Notes under the pieces: generated by a model
What the model saw: only the letters and a program-made list of their open reading frames with translations
Databases searched by the model: none
What the model was told of the DNA's origin: nothing
Made by a program: the position numbers and the translations under genes
Shown: positions 14,371-30,609 of the stretch, piece by piece
Layout: every line of letters starts with the position of its first letter
Position numbering within the stretch: position 1 is the first letter of the stretch
DNA from: Takakia lepidozioides
Taxonomy: Eukaryota; Plantae; Bryophyta
Length of the DNA stretch: 64,000 nucleotides
NCBI GenBank assembly: GCA_030704615.1
Contig: CM060732.1
Span: 20,088,001 to 20,152,000 of the forward strand
Direction: 5' to 3'

Positions 14371-14734
14371 TTAAATATCATCAAATTATTACGTTATAGT
14401 CCAACATTCTTAAAGACAAGGTCTCATCATATTTGAATTATGCAAATGACCCTAAACCCTCTACGTATACGTGTATATATATGTATTTATCAGAAATTAG
14501 GTTGTGCCAATCTGAACTAAGTTGTGCCAACAACCTGGCGCCACCTACGCTGTTGACACCCATGTTGTCAACAAGTGGTGTGAACAACTAAGTTGATTTG
14601 TCGAGGGACGTGGTCATACGGCATTCCTTCGTGTACCAAATGCCCGACAAATCAAAGATGAAAGCATCTAAGCATAAATTTGAAGGATCTAAGAATCTAT
14701 TAGAGAATATTCATTGAACAAGTGGGTGAAGACA

Positions 14735-15212
14735 TGGGCATTTGGTATTCCAACGAATACCATTTGCCCACAAAATCAACCCTAGACAAATCATCTACAA
14801 CCACTAGTGGTTGATTTGTCGAGGGTCCTAGATGATTTGTCGATGGTTGTAGATGATTTGTCGCGGGTCCTAGATGATTTGTCGATGGTTGTAGATGATT
14901 TGTTGAGGGTCGTAGATGATTTGTCCAGGGTCGTAGATGATTTGTCGAGGGTTGTAGATGATAGTAAAATTGTCGAGCATTTGGTATTCCATCAACGCAT
15001 ACCGTTTGCCCACAAAATCAACCCTGGACAAATCATCTACAACCACTAGTGGTTGATTTGTCGAGGGTCGTAGATGATTTGTCGAGGGTTGTAGATGATT
15101 TGTCGAGGGTTGTAGATGATTTGTTGAGGGTTGTAGATGATTTGTTGAGGGTCGTAGATGATTTGTCGCGTGTTGTAGATGATAGTGAAATTGTCGGGCA
15201 TTTGGTATTCCA
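14735..15212. repeat. 21-bp minisatellite (GTAGATGATTTGTCGAGGGTT) in two ~242-bp higher-order units, each headed by the palindrome CAACCACTAGTGGTTG
   Basis: Directly visible. It generates the spurious VVDDLSR and STNHLQP repeat ORFs. Confidence 0.9.
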
Positions 15213-16549
15213 TAGTAATGTACAAAAGGCACACTCATACTTCATCCTTTGAGAAGTGCAGTGGGCTGGTGCCACCACCACCTATACTATGTATATCACC
15301 TGGCTGACCGACTTCATGTGTTTCAGCCAATTCTGGCCTTCCAACTCTCTAGTGATAGAAGAATAGAGAAGGAAGAAACTGAGGCAAGATAATGTTTCCA
15401 AAGAGCAGATGTCTTGCATATCAGTAACTAGACAAGTTTGCCATCTTCCCCTTCTATTTGCTCCTCTAGCAAAAAGAACTAAAAGAGAAAGAGAACAGGG
15501 AACCTTAAAGTGATGTGACTTACACCAAAACCAATGAAAATGACTGGTTTCCAATAGGGATAAAGCCAGGATAGAAGCACAATCACCTGGCACCGGAAAG
15601 ATAGTCTTATCAAATCTGATACAAGGAGCCTTCATCTCAATTTTCTTGTGCAGCAGGAAAAGTAGGCTTTCCCAGGGTATACTTCCCCAACCACCCCATC
15701 GACAGATTTTGACTGTTCTTTAAACTCAGCCATCAGCCATTCTGAATGAGAACTGAACGACAGCATTTTTTTTTTTCAGAAAATGCAATCATGGCACTTC
15801 CTTGAAATGTATAGTACAAGATTGAATACTCTAGAGGATTCAAGTCGTACATCAGTTCTATACCCACTAGTTCATGTGTCTTGCCACTGGTCCTCAGAAG
15901 TTGTTTCAGTACTCCCATATTTTTCTAGAGTGTTCTTCTTATAGTAAGGCACACTCTACCTATCCACCCCCAGCCACTGCCTCTGCCTGAAGATGCAAAC
16001 TTTCGCTTCCAGTATTCCCAACTCCTGGGGAAGCAACTGCAATTAAACTACGAGTTCAAACACTATTCCTCCCACTGCGTGCGGTCTCCTCCACTACCGG
16101 CACCAATATGAACTCATCATGTACATGACATAGATATTTCTGGATCCATCTGATAACTCACAAAAGATCTTGCCTCTAGGTACCAATTTGCACCGCGAGG
16201 CTCCTTGCTGAGCCATGAAGTGTTACAAAGAGAAGTCTTACAAAGAGAATTAGTTAGAAAACAACAACTCAAAGTGCCCCTCATAGAAGTGCGTGTCGTT
16301 CCTTTATCTCTGCCTCAGGTGTACTGACCTTATTTATGATTGAAGCCAACACGATCAGCCTCCACCAAAGCCGCCATGCCTGCTTGGCCACTTGCCTTCT
16401 CCAATGAGCATGTGAGCTTCTTGATGATGGAGGCCCCTCAGCTACTGTATAAGTACATTTAGCAGGGCTTAAGATGCCTGGTTCAAGAAATTTCACCTAT
16501 TTACAATTAACTTCCTCAATTCATCATTCAACCCTTGTGTTGTCACAGC

Positions 16550-18091
16550 TCAATCCATCTTCACCGTGCCAGTGTTGTTGGTGGCATTCATGATGGCTTT
16601 CTTGAGTTCCTTGCTCACATCATGCTCAGAAGAACCTCCTGGTTTTGCTTTCCCTGCAGGGTGAGCTACTTTGCTGCCATATTCACTGCCTGGCCAAATG
16701 ATGGGCTTGGTTTCACCGAGTGACCCGATCTCTTGAAAGTCCTTCTTGCCCTCCCACTCTTTCTGAAAGCTTGAATCTTTTAGACCACTTGTCTGCAAAC
16801 TGCTTCCATTAACTTTCTCATGGAGCTCATCAAACAGCTGGGATTTGAGCTTATTCTCTTCCTGCATCAGAAGCTCCCCAGGCTTGCGCCTACTCACCGC
16901 AGTACCATACTGGCCAATTTCACCCTTCAGATCGACCATGGTTTTCTTCAATAATTTGTTTTCTGAATGAAGCAGTAATAGCTGATGACGCAAAAAGCCA
17001 CACATGGAGGCAATGCGCCCCAACTGCAGGCTCTCAGTTGGGCCACCCATGCGACCGTAACTGGGTGCAAATTGTTCACCAGCATACAAACTAGGTGTTG
17101 ATTGCAAGCTTTTGTAAGGGTCTACACTCTCAAAGCTGATTTTGTCCATGACGAGCACTGGCAATTTGAGGACAGAGAAACTGGACTCCCCCCTACCGAA
17201 GTTGTGGAACACATCCGACGGTATTCTTACCCCCCACCTGATGCGTCCCACTGCTTGTCTACCAAGGGGGAGTTCACTGTGTACGCAAAAGCTCCAGCTC
17301 TTCCCCGTCTCTCCTAAACAAGACGAGTTTTGCAATCCTCCACCCTCCCTTTCAGCCAACTCCAATGAAGAATTAACCTGAGGATCATCAGCTGCGCCCC
17401 CCACGACGACACAGCTGTCATCCGAACCTTCACTGACACTAGCTCCATCCAAATTGTTCGTCTCCGCGTACCCCACTCTCTCTCTCTCATGGCATTCATC
17501 ACGGGCTAGACTGCCCTGGCTTCCAGTCTCGTTGAAGTAAACAACTTTTCCCTTCACATTCACTCCTGAACGTACACCGAAACCCAATGACTTAACACCA
17601 TTATCGGCTCCAGAATCGTCCACCTTTCCATCACTACTCCTTTTCGGGTCCGACGCCCTTCTGCCTGCAAGCAGCAGTGCGGGACTGTCTGACTCTGACC
17701 CTTGCGTTTCAAGAGTAGGACTTCGGGAGCTGTCGGCGTCGTTCCTGAAACTAAAATCCCAAATTCTCGGTTTCACACGAAGAGAAAACGACGGGCTCCC
17801 CCAGGTGGAGAGATTGAATTCTGCCGCCATGGCCAAAGAGGGACCGCTAGAAGAACCCCACAGCCCGAACCCTGTCTTGAGGAGGAAGGTGAAAGGTCTG
17901 TGCGGATCATTGGGCTTGTACGACACCCTGCACGAGGGACCGGATTCCAAAGAGGAGCCCAGATGCAGCGCTAGCTCATGTGCATCTCCCACAGATATGG
18001 CTGAGCACAGCGGCAGCCCAAGGAGATTGACCGGTACTTTCGCCCTCACTAAAGGCTTCTTCCCCTCTCTCACCTTCACCGACGCCTTCAT
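16550..18091 (-). CDS. OEP40: OEP40-like chloroplast outer-envelope protein (At3g57990 family), single coding exon, 513 aa
   Basis: N-terminus MKASVKVREGKKPLVRAKVPVNLLGLP...ESGPSCRVSYKPND...LKTGFGLWGS...AEFNL...PSFSLRVKP..WDFS, then RIRWGVRIP, LPVLVMDKI, a coiled coil and the C-terminal DVSKELKKAI, all typical of the family. ATG at 18091 follows a likely 5'-UTR intron acceptor at ~18111. Confidence 0.85.
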   Translation of the reverse strand: MKASVKVREGKKPLVRAKVPVNLLGLPLCSAISVGDAHELALHLGSSLESGPSCRVSYKPNDPHRPFTFLLKTGFGLWGSSSGPSLAMAAEFNLSTWGSPSFSLRVKPRIWDFSFRNDADSSRSPTLETQGSESDSPALLLAGRRASDPKRSSDGKVDDSGADNGVKSLGFGVRSGVNVKGKVVYFNETGSQGSLARDECHERERVGYAETNNLDGASVSEGSDDSCVVVGGAADDPQVNSSLELAEREGGGLQNSSCLGETGKSWSFCVHSELPLGRQAVGRIRWGVRIPSDVFHNFGRGESSFSVLKLPVLVMDKISFESVDPYKSLQSTPSLYAGEQFAPSYGRMGGPTESLQLGRIASMCGFLRHQLLLLHSENKLLKKTMVDLKGEIGQYGTAVSRRKPGELLMQEENKLKSQLFDELHEKVNGSSLQTSGLKDSSFQKEWEGKKDFQEIGSLGETKPIIWPGSEYGSKVAHPAGKAKPGGSSEHDVSKELKKAIMNATNNTGTVKMD

Positions 18092-19441
18092 TGCATCTCG
18101 CCACAACAACCTGTTCTTCCCAGGAACAATTGGAGAGAAAGAGAGACTGGGAGAGAAAGGGGTTGGGGTTGGAGGGAGGAATCAACGTTGTTGAACACTG
18201 TCAGCGGTGCAGTGGAAGAAAAAGGAAACCCAGCTCCCCCCACAGACGTTCCATTCATGCCCTGGCTCCGTGCTAATCTTCTCCTGTGGAAACATCCAGA
18301 GGGCGAACTTAGGAGCCGCAATCTCCCTTTGAAAGAAAGATAGAGTATCCAGCAGAGGAGGCGGATATTACGAGAATTCAGAAACACCCCAAGACAGTAG
18401 ACACAGCCAGGGCCTCGGAACACAGGCGGCAAGTCGTGGTTTCTTTGTCCTTCATATGATGGAAGGATATAATGCAAGGAAAACTTCAAAACACATGCAA
18501 GTCAAAGCAACTAGCTAACGAAATTGAGAATCAGGTGTAACCCACCTTAGGTAAGCAACTCCCCGGGAATGCAAGAGACGGGCACAGTGCAGACGAGACG
18601 ATGCGAGCCACGAAATGCAGCAGCAGTCTTGCATCTTTGAACCGGGCCCACAGGGGAGCCCCACTTAATTTTACAAGTGCAGGGTTACATCAAGTTTCTT
18701 TCTTTAACGTCCAGTGAATTTGCATACAACAAACATTCTGGCGAAACCTCGTTACACCTGTGGGCGAAAGTGGGTTGGAGAGGAGACGAAGGGGCACCTG
18801 CCTGTTGGATTTGGTCGCTGTGCAGATCTCTGCAGCGTGCCCTGCCTTCTGATTTTGCTTCTTATCTGCATTTCTTGTATTGGGTTGCGAATTTTCGAAT
18901 CAGTTTCCTGGCGTTGGGTCTGATCCCGAGCAGTGTGTGCGATAAGTGTTTGGAAGGTTGGAGTAGATGTGGAGATTCTGCTTAATTGGGCATTCTATCT
19001 GTTGGGTGCCGTAGTTGGTTGCCTGTGTGGAGCATTGTGTGTTCTGCACAACATCGGACAATTGGGTCGATCTGGCCTGTCTACTTGGAGGCCTCATTCC
19101 GTTCTGTGAAGGTTTCTCTTGGGGTTATAGTTCGTTTGAGCAACCGATGTCCGTGGAAGTGCTTCATCAATCGCATATTGGGAGTGGTGAGTTCTCCGTA
19201 TTGCCGAAGTTAGAAAGCTGGGGGAGGTCCTTCGCATCTTTGCAAAGGTGGGGGAAGAGTTGGTGAGGTGTTTTGGCGGCTATTTTTGGTGAAGCCCAAA
19301 GAGAGATAGGGGACACACGCAGAGGTAGAGAGACAGAGCTGGGAAGGGAAAATTGCTCAGACTGCGTAATACCCTATCAACGTTTCAGAGGAAGGCCAAA
19401 GGTGGGAGTTGGCAGCGGTGTGAGATTGAAAGGGGGTAACA

Positions 19442-22093
<2,652 letters not shown>

Positions 22094-23152
22094 AATGGTG
22101 TACACAATTTGAGGTGTTGATTCACTTCCATTGTAGCTGTAGAGATTTGGTCACAGGCAGCAATGCTGGGGGACAGAAGATTGATTTGACAAACATTAGG
22201 ATGAACAGTGGGCTATGTGCAAGTGCTGAAGTATACAATGCAGCACAGTAAGTAATCTCAAAATTTAAGAGGATAATGCGGGTCCTGGGTATACTTGGTC
22301 AAACAGTCTTAGCCCTGCACTTGCATGGAAGGAAAATTTTGCGGTGTCTAGAGCACTTCACTCTTGTTGGCATTTGACCTAAACCTCCAAGGTACAGTAC
22401 AGCTGATTTTGTAAAGGACATGGCTGGCTTATTACTATCTGTCCGGCTTTTCAGTTGGGTCTGGTCTGCAAAAAGCATGTCAGACATGAAGAACGAGAGA
22501 AGTATCATTCCTAGCATGAAGTCTTTAGTCTCCACCACAGACATATCCATCACTGGAGATTTTGTTCATATATGTAGAACCTAAAAAGGTGGGCCTCTGT
22601 CAGCAGCCTTTTTAATACCTCACCTCAGCAATGAGAACCACCTGCAAGGTACTACTCTGAGAGAGCATGCGCTGCCTCAAGAGAATGGGTAAAGGCCAGA
22701 CAAGCTTTTAACCAGCGAGCCATAAAGGGGTAAAAATGAAAACTTGGCCTACTGCAAGCAATATGGTTCATCTGTACAGGTTGGGAGCAACAAATCCTGG
22801 TCACATGAAGATACAGCAAACCCATGTGTGCTGTGCAACCCAAACACAGAACTCACACAAGCAACAAATATATCCAATCAAATTATCTCCAAATCAGAAA
22901 TTTTGAAATCAGTATGATTTACTGTTGGTTTTAAAGTGATTAAAACCAGTCACTTTTCACAGTTAGATGCTTGTATACAATTGTTTAATGCAGTGTTGGT
23001 GATGGCATGTGTCTAGTTTCGACATTCCAACTTCATCAGTACAGACATGGTGTCAACCTGGGCTAATCCATCCTGACATGGGCTGCCCGAATAGTTTCCT
23101 CCTACACTTACTGCTGCCTGGAAAGAGCAAAATCTTTTCTTCTTAGTTATGA

Positions 23153-26100
23153 CTACACCTTGATCACATGGGACAGCTCAAGGATGTTGATGAAGGCAAT
23201 AACCAGAACACAAAGTATGCCCAGGCCACACATGCTGATCACAACAGCTTTCTCTCCCAAACTCAGATCCTGCTCATGCAACCTTCATACCCACAGCTGG
23301 AGACATGTTAGTATCTGACATACCTGCGTGAGTCACTGTAGTCTGACCACACCAAAGCTAACTAAGCAACTGGACACACTCCAAACTTGTAACTGCCTGA
23401 CTTGCTACCCAGCAGACTACTTAAAATGCTGTTACAATTTAAAATTTGTAACTGTTGTTCCATGTCTTCACATATGTAAATGGGAAAACGTATAAAAGTG
23501 AAGCCACCAATCGACTTCTTAAACTCAAAAAAGGAATGCCAAGGAATTTTAGAGCAGCTACTCAAGGTATATACTGGCACCCATTTAAGGTAGCTGGCTG
23601 TAGCCTTGGGGCGATAGATCGTGCACTCTAGCAACAGTGGGGGTGGAAATCAGCCTGAGGGGGACCATGAAGCCCTCCACTATCATTGAACACTGGCAGA
23701 CGTGTGGGCTCCACCTTTGACATCCTATTGGTTCCAGCCTTGCCGACTTTCTCCAAAAGCCCCTTACCATGGCACCAATTCCAGGCAAGGAATTCCAAGT
23801 TATCTCTGACAGAGTGGATAAAGATGCAGTAACTGCATCCCCACTTCTTGTGTAGGTGGCATCTTGCGCAGAGAACACCGACTGCACTGCAGTCCGCTAC
23901 CCTCACCAAGAGCAGGAATCTCTCATGGAACTTCGACACATCGCCAACGTGTTGGGCCGTCCACTACTCTCACTTGTTTATCAAACGGTGAGAAGAAACT
24001 TGGCCAGGTAAGATAGGGAATGTTGCTAGAAAATGCTAAGGCTGAAAATATAGTATGAGTGTCCCCTTTAGAACTTCCAGGGTTATTTGTGGTTGTTACT
24101 CACATCAAACCCTTTCCGTCATGAATCTCCTATGCAGGAAGTGACTCACTTATAGTAGAAAAGAGATGGAAGAAGGAGCGAGACAGAGACGGAGCAGACA
24201 CCCCCCACCAGAGACTCCACGCTATCCAGCACATCGTACCTGCCCACAAATCCCAACCCTCTACCAGCCTTTCAGAACCACAACTCCCAATGTCTTCTCT
24301 GCTTGGTACACTCTCCCCAATAGCCATCATCTGCCTATATGCACAATATCAAGAGACAGGACGTCCATCCAAGCTATGTCATAATAGAATATTGCACAAA
24401 TGTAGGACAGTGCATCCTAACTATTTACAAACAAATCTTCCAAGATTTATGTACGTACGCAAAATACGCCACCACGTAAGCCAGAACCAGCACTATTGTT
24501 CGTGCGATTAAGTCCATGATGCCTGCTTTCCCAGGAACAGACAATCTCTGGTCATCATTATCCAAACCAAGGCCACCTAGCCACTGTCATCCGTCATTGA
24601 CAAAGCTACAAATTAACATGTCCCACTTCGATGTGCCCTCCCTGGTCCCCATCCACTAAAGCACCTGCCAAAACCCTTGTCTTCATCCCCTCCAACCCAA
24701 AAGAGTACAAGCTCTGTTAATGGATGAAGCAGAGAGAGAACCAGGGGCATGAGGGCTGGAGGTACGACGTGCCATATCCACAATTAATTCTGCCACCACA
24801 TACAGCAATGCCTGTTCCCATCCACTTGTTCAGGTACCCCCAAGTAGTTAGGCCTCTGTCTGACATGTTGCTTGCAAGGAAAGCGTCATTCTATCTATCT
24901 TTCTTCCTCTCATAGTTTTTTTTCTCTATTTTAGCGAGGAAGGAAAAAATCAAGATCGAGGTTTGAGTCAACCCAAGATTTGTCTTTGGCAAGCCAAGAA
25001 ATTCAGGCAGAGAAACACACCAAATGCAGAGATACTGGGGGAGAGAGGAGGAACACGTCATAACATATCTCTTTCTTTCCTTCTTCTGTCTCACCTTCAG
25101 TCAAGATGCTGAGTGCATAGAGTGTCGTTTCTCCGCACAGCTCCAGATAACAATTTCCACCTCTAGAAGTTAACAAGATGAATCTCAACCTCTACTTGCA
25201 TCCAGAAATATGCAATATGCAGCACCTTATCAAATCTGACAAGTGATGAAAGCAGCACGGAAGAAGAAGGGCACAGGAGGGACTGTACAGGAATGGTGGA
25301 GTAGGCGCTCAGAGCAACCAGCGCAGTGACGACTTGATTGATGGTAAGAGAGAAACGACCAAGTTTCAGCAGGACAAACCCTGTCACGCCTGATGCCTGG
25401 TTCAAGTTGGCCGTCACCAGCACTTGGGTTGCCTGCCCAAAATAGAAATAGGCACACCCTGCCATTGTAGCATACCTGGCCCCATGCTGCCGGTGAGCAG
25501 GACCAGAAATGTTATACCAGGAACAATGTATCTCTGAACTGGTGAGAAGAGAGGAACAGCCTAAAACACAGAAATAAAGAGCACTTGATAAAGAGCATGC
25601 ATGGTCCATGGAGCATGAGACCACAATAGGTGGGAAATGGTGAGCGAGTGATGTCCAAACACAGGAAGGGTTATGACCTGTCTATACAGGGCAAAGGGAC
25701 GGCAGTTGGTACAAAGGAGAGTGAAGGAGCATACAAGAGAAACATGGCAAAGAAAGCCAGGTTGACACAATGCTCAAAGTGATGAGGATTCCTCATGCTT
25801 CTCCGCAACGATGGCAAGCCTGCATGCCCTGCTTGCCACCGCCCACCAATCCCCACCCCATCCCTGTCCTCTTTACTCATATGCCCTTTTCAAGATAGAT
25901 TCAAACAGAAGTAAGAGAAATAAGGGAAGGGTCAGACCAATGTTAGGTGAATGCCTTCAACAAGTTCAATAGCTTGTCAAGTTGAGAGAAAGTGTTCTGC
26001 ATGTAAAAATGAAGTACATGTTAACATACCCGAGAGGGATACAACCAGGATTCCTGTCGCTATGGGCAAGTGCGCCCAATCCACAATTTCATGCACTGCA

Positions 26101-28762
26101 CTGGCCGGATTATCCACTGCCTCCCGTTCTGGATCCATAACGAATGCTATCACAACAACTGTCCCCCACAGACAATTGAAACCAGCTTAGGACTTGCACA
26201 TATGAGACCTTGCACCTTCTGAGGGACCATGTAGTAAGAGAAACAAACCTGAAGTAAGGAGCAAGGAGGAGAGGATGCCAGATATGCTGATGGAAGTGAG
26301 CCGCGAAAAAGTTCGGATCCAAATTGCAGGTAGCATTATCACAATGCTTCCAATCACCACCATCTCCCTGTTCCATCACCACGTGGAAAATAAGAATGGG
26401 CCACCTGTCTTAAAAGCTCACACCAGTGCCTTGAAATATGAGCGAGTTCATTCACTCCATGGTCAACAAACACTCCCCAAAAACGATTGTGGGAGGGCCC
26501 ACCTGGAAGGCACACAAGTGGAGCCCAGACAGAAAGGACCAGCCGGAAGCAGCATCTCAATGGACTGCCAGACAACAATTAAGCACAAACAAGACGCTCC
26601 AAAAAACTCTGCTACCCCCATCAGCATCACCTACCCTTCCCTCCCCAACACACTACCACATTAGTCAACCACCCATGTGACCAACCACAGCTGCTGCTGA
26701 TTGCTGTATAAGAGGCTTCAATTAAAGGCCAAACTACCTTCCAGTTGCCAATTTACTTCAGAAAGGTGAGTGCAACAAGGAAGTAGTAAAGCATACCATC
26801 CAATGGCCAGGGGTACCCAAAGCAGTTGTGCCCAGATTGGGGTACGACGGCAACACACCGGTAGGCATCTTGTCAAAGGACCAGCATATGAGCTTGGCTG
26901 AGTATGCAAATATGATGCTCAGCGCCCCTAGCACCGCCTGCCATGCCCTCAAGGAAAACTTTAAAGCATCCATCGAAGATACATACCCAGAGAGACAGAG
27001 GAAGACATGGAATGAAATGAGGTGACACTTTACAGCATCTGCAGAAAGCTCAAAGAGCTTATGGGACAAGAAAGCATGAAACAGAAAGGAACTTCAGAAA
27101 AGAAAAAGTTTATCATGGCCATGGGAGGCCTGGAGAGAGATTGTACTCATAAGACGTTGTTTGCCGTAGCCTTGTGGCCATTGACCCCGCGCCCAGTTTG
27201 AGCGGGAACAAAAGGGACAGAACCTACCTCTGTCAGGGGCTGACGTTGGTAGTAAGACTCACCTTCATATATAGAATTAATCCGGGTTTTCCAGATATCC
27301 TCTAGAAATCCCTTCACACAAGCATCAATCTGCTGTGTGTGATTTGCCCAAAAACTAGGCCTCAGGAGGGCCTGGGCTTTTGGCTCAGCCTTGAGACTTT
27401 CAAAGTTGGTAAACAGGGGTACAGGCACAATTCCCTTGATAGATTTGAAGAGAGCGTCTCTTTGGTGAGAGAACCCCGGACAGTGTATCAGAAAATGAAT
27501 AGTGTCTTCAGATTGCCCACACAACGGGCAATTGCACTCTCCCTTTCCTCTCTGCTTCTGTTTGCTGTTCAAAGGTAGGCTTCCTGCCCTGAGTTTAAAT
27601 TTCAGTCAGGCCTGGAGAGAGAAACAGAAAGAAAGGAACAAGGAACTATACAGCGACCATGGGAGGCTAGAAGGCAACACAGTAGAACTACAAGGAGAGA
27701 GGAAGAATCTGAACTCATGAGGAGTACATGCAATAGATGTCATGGCATTGGATGCAATTGGAAGATAACTGCTTGGTTCCTCTGTAGCTTTGCTTGGCTC
27801 GCAAAGCATTTTTTTTGTGGGACAGGGAATCCTCATTAGACTTTGCCAGCTCTAGTCATGTAGCCATTGACCCTGCACCCAGTTTTGGACCAAGCGGAAA
27901 AAGGGGTGGAGGATGCAATATAGGGCCACTAGCATTGCAAAGGCTTACTCCTTTTGTATCACTCACCTTCAAGAGAGGGAGAGAGGGATTACCAAACGAA
28001 GAATAAAGACAACCAAGCCAAGGATAAGTGTGTGATGACTCCTCATCATAGAGTGCACGACTGTGATAGCACAAACATGCACTTTAAATCAGTTAAAACC
28101 TAATCACTCTACAAAGTAGGAAAATTGTCCCTTGACTGCAGGTCTGTGGAGTTTTCTCCTGCATATATTGGGACACTCCCTGGGGGGTTAAGTGGGAAAG
28201 GGGAAAAAACTAGTACCAAGCTCATCCAACCCCCAAGGCGGAAGGCATAGCCCAAGCTGAGCAACCCCACACCCACATAGAGATTCACCTGCGATTCACA
28301 CCACATACATCCCATGACATCAGTGCCAGCAGGTCCAAAACATAGCATCGTAGAGAATACAGAGAGGGGGCATGAAGACAACCATCCAAGGAAGTATTGA
28401 TGCAGCCTTAAGCAAAGACGTAGAGACAACAACGGCACAAGAGATTTGACAGAACAGACAGCCAACAGTCAATGATAAATAGATGTACGAAAAACTAAAG
28501 CACAAGAAACACCAAAGCATAAGATGAGAAAGGGCTGGTAAAAAACCGTGTTCAAGATGGTCTGGAGATCAGACTGCAAACCGCTAATGGAGCCACTATC
28601 GAATGACTCCAGCAAGTCAAGCTTTGATGTGACGGGGGGCATACATGCCTTGCCCTTATCTCCACCCCGCCCTCCCTCAGCATCATCCGATGTTCCGCTG
28701 TCCTTCAGCAAAGGCTTGCTGGTATCACTAATCAGCGATGATCTCATGGCTGCCTGCTGCAT
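23153..28762 (-). CDS. AVT1-like vacuolar amino-acid transporter (Aa_trans family), about 12 coding exons
   Basis: Spliced frame: ..QTILNT|VNLYVGVGLLSLGYAFRLGGWMSL|AVLGALSIIFAYSAKLI..SYPNLGTTALG..|VMLMGVAEFFG..|..LPAIWIRTFSRLTSIS..|..LPIATGILVVSLS|GHAGLPSLRRSMRNP..|YATMAGCAYFYFGQ..TANL..STIP|ALLYVVAELI..|..ARTIVLVLAYVVAYFA|YDVLDSVESLVGGVCSVSVSLLLPSLFYYK|LHEQDL...HVIKV*. Probable 5'-UTR exon near 29000-29060. Confidence 0.88.
27150..27620 (-). mobile_element. 5'-truncated LINE retrotransposon 3' fragment (C-terminal zinc knuckle) in intron 2 of the transporter
   Basis: LKFKLRAGSLPLN...CPLCGQSEDTIHFLIHCP...FLEDIWKTR matches the CxxC..E(D)..H...C motif at the end of LINE ORF2. Confidence 0.75.
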
Positions 28763-29290
28763 GATCCCACTCGGGTCTCAGCTGTTTACAAAATAGCCCG
28801 AGATGCTGGTCTAATCCGGCTTAGGCAAGCACACCCTGAGAGCACTAAATTTCTTTGGAGACCACTTCAGGGATCTAGTTCAGCACATCTGACAGCCTAG
28901 CACCAACTGACAAAGCAGGAAAACTAAAATTGCTGCAACCGTTACGAAGCTCGAATCCCACCCTAAAATTGCAAAACCGGAGTAGGTGAGAAGAACTTAC
29001 GTAAAGAGACGATGTTGGAAGTTGCGGGTAGCTCAGGTCGGGAGTGTCATGAGGTCAGCTCCCACCCGATGACGACTCGCAGTGCCAAACGTTGAGCACA
29101 ACAACGACTGCCGTGCAAGCTCGTAGGCACTCTTCACGTGATTGCGCACACCCTTGCGTACGGAATACCAAAAGGGCCATGCTTGTACACCCCTTGAAAG
29201 ATTCCAATACCCTTATTCCAAAAGATTCTGTGGCACGGGCAAGAGGGCACGGGCTATTGAAAAGCACGGGGTAGTAAAAGGGTAACGAAC

Positions 29291-30410
29291 GAGTGTTGGG
29301 CGGGTATATGAATTACCCTGATATACCCGGCGGGTATATCAGGGTATATTGATATATATATACCCTCAGATGTATACCCTTATATTAGGGTATATTTTTA
29401 TGATATACCCTTATCCTTATATTTACCCTGCATCAAGACGCTCAATATACCCTACTTTTCTGAAGGGTATATGTTAAAATGAAGGGTATATCTAATCAGG
29501 GTATATAAGGGCTTTTATGTGCCTTCATAGCTTTTATGTGCTAGGTCTTTTCGCTTTTTGTTGTGTTGTTAGGGAGCCTTGAGCTATAAGAAAGCTCCAA
29601 TCACAGCTAAAACAAATGCTACATATATATCATTCCTAAAATGTCATATAACCTAAACATTACCTCTTCAGATCTCGCATATATATATATAAAAGGAAAC
29701 TTGACAGCCCACAATTTAGGCCCCTGAGGAGGAGGTGGAAAGATTAACCCCCTTTCATTTATGGGCCATGAGATCTACAGGACAGTCAACGCCCAGACAT
29801 AGACAGGGCAGGGCACCGGGTTGGAACCCTGAACCACCATAGCGACACACACTCTGCACTTACCAGCTCACTGGCTACCAGCCCATGTGCCTCTTTTTTT
29901 TTTTTTTTCCTTTTTTTTTCGAAAGGGGAGGTAGCCCTTGAGAACTTTATTAAAAATTATTGAAGGGAAAAAATTAAACCCTTAGATGCCCGTAGGCCGC
30001 CTTTTTCTTAATCTCAAACCTCCCAGGAGTCCTCCATCCTTGCATTGGAAGTTAACACCAAAATATTATGCAATATCTTATCAATTTTCTCTTTTACCAT
30101 AGATTGTATTTTTTGTGTTTTGTACATATTGAAGAACAATATATATATATTCTTTAAAACATTAAATTATATATTAATTGAAATAACTATCCATACCCGG
30201 AAACTATTCATACCCTCGGGGTATATTTTGGCATATAAATCCATACCCGGGGGTTATATAGAAATCTGAGAAATTAATTTACCCATACCCGGAGGGTAAA
30301 TAATTTTTTGAGATTTCAATTTATCCATACCCGGAGGGTAAATGATTTGACAAAAATAATTTACTTATACCCTAAGGGAATATTGAAATCAATATACCCG
30401 CACAACACTG
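29291..30410. mobile_element. Non-autonomous hAT-type element with 19-bp TIRs and 8-bp TSD
   Basis: Left end GAGTGTTGGGCGGGTATAT. The reverse complement of the right end is CAGTGTTGTGCGGGTATAT. TAACGAAC flanks both sides (29283-29290 and 30411-30418). Subterminal ATACCC/GGGTAT motifs are repeated. Confidence 0.9.
29680..29891 (-). mobile_element. tRNA-derived SINE-like insert inside the hAT element
   Basis: Minus strand GGCTGGTAGCCAGTGAGCTGGTAAG...CAGGGTTCCAACCC gives A-box and B-box-like motifs, followed by an unrelated body and a TA-repeat tail. Confidence 0.5.
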
Positions 30411-30609
30411 TAACGAACCCCATGCTTGGTACCATGTATATTATATGGAACATATATCGTAATATATACATCGTATGTTATTACATACGCATAGTATGTT
30501 TTTGATATTTTCGATAATCAGGTAAAACTGCCCGGACATGAAGCCGGTTTAGGGATTCGCAACACGTCTCTCTCTCACGTCCTCTCTCTCGAGGCGGGCG
30601 TTTTCTCTC

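Noticed and set aside
14807-15281. VVDDLSR / STNHLQP repeat proteins
   Set aside because: Artefacts of the 21-bp minisatellite.
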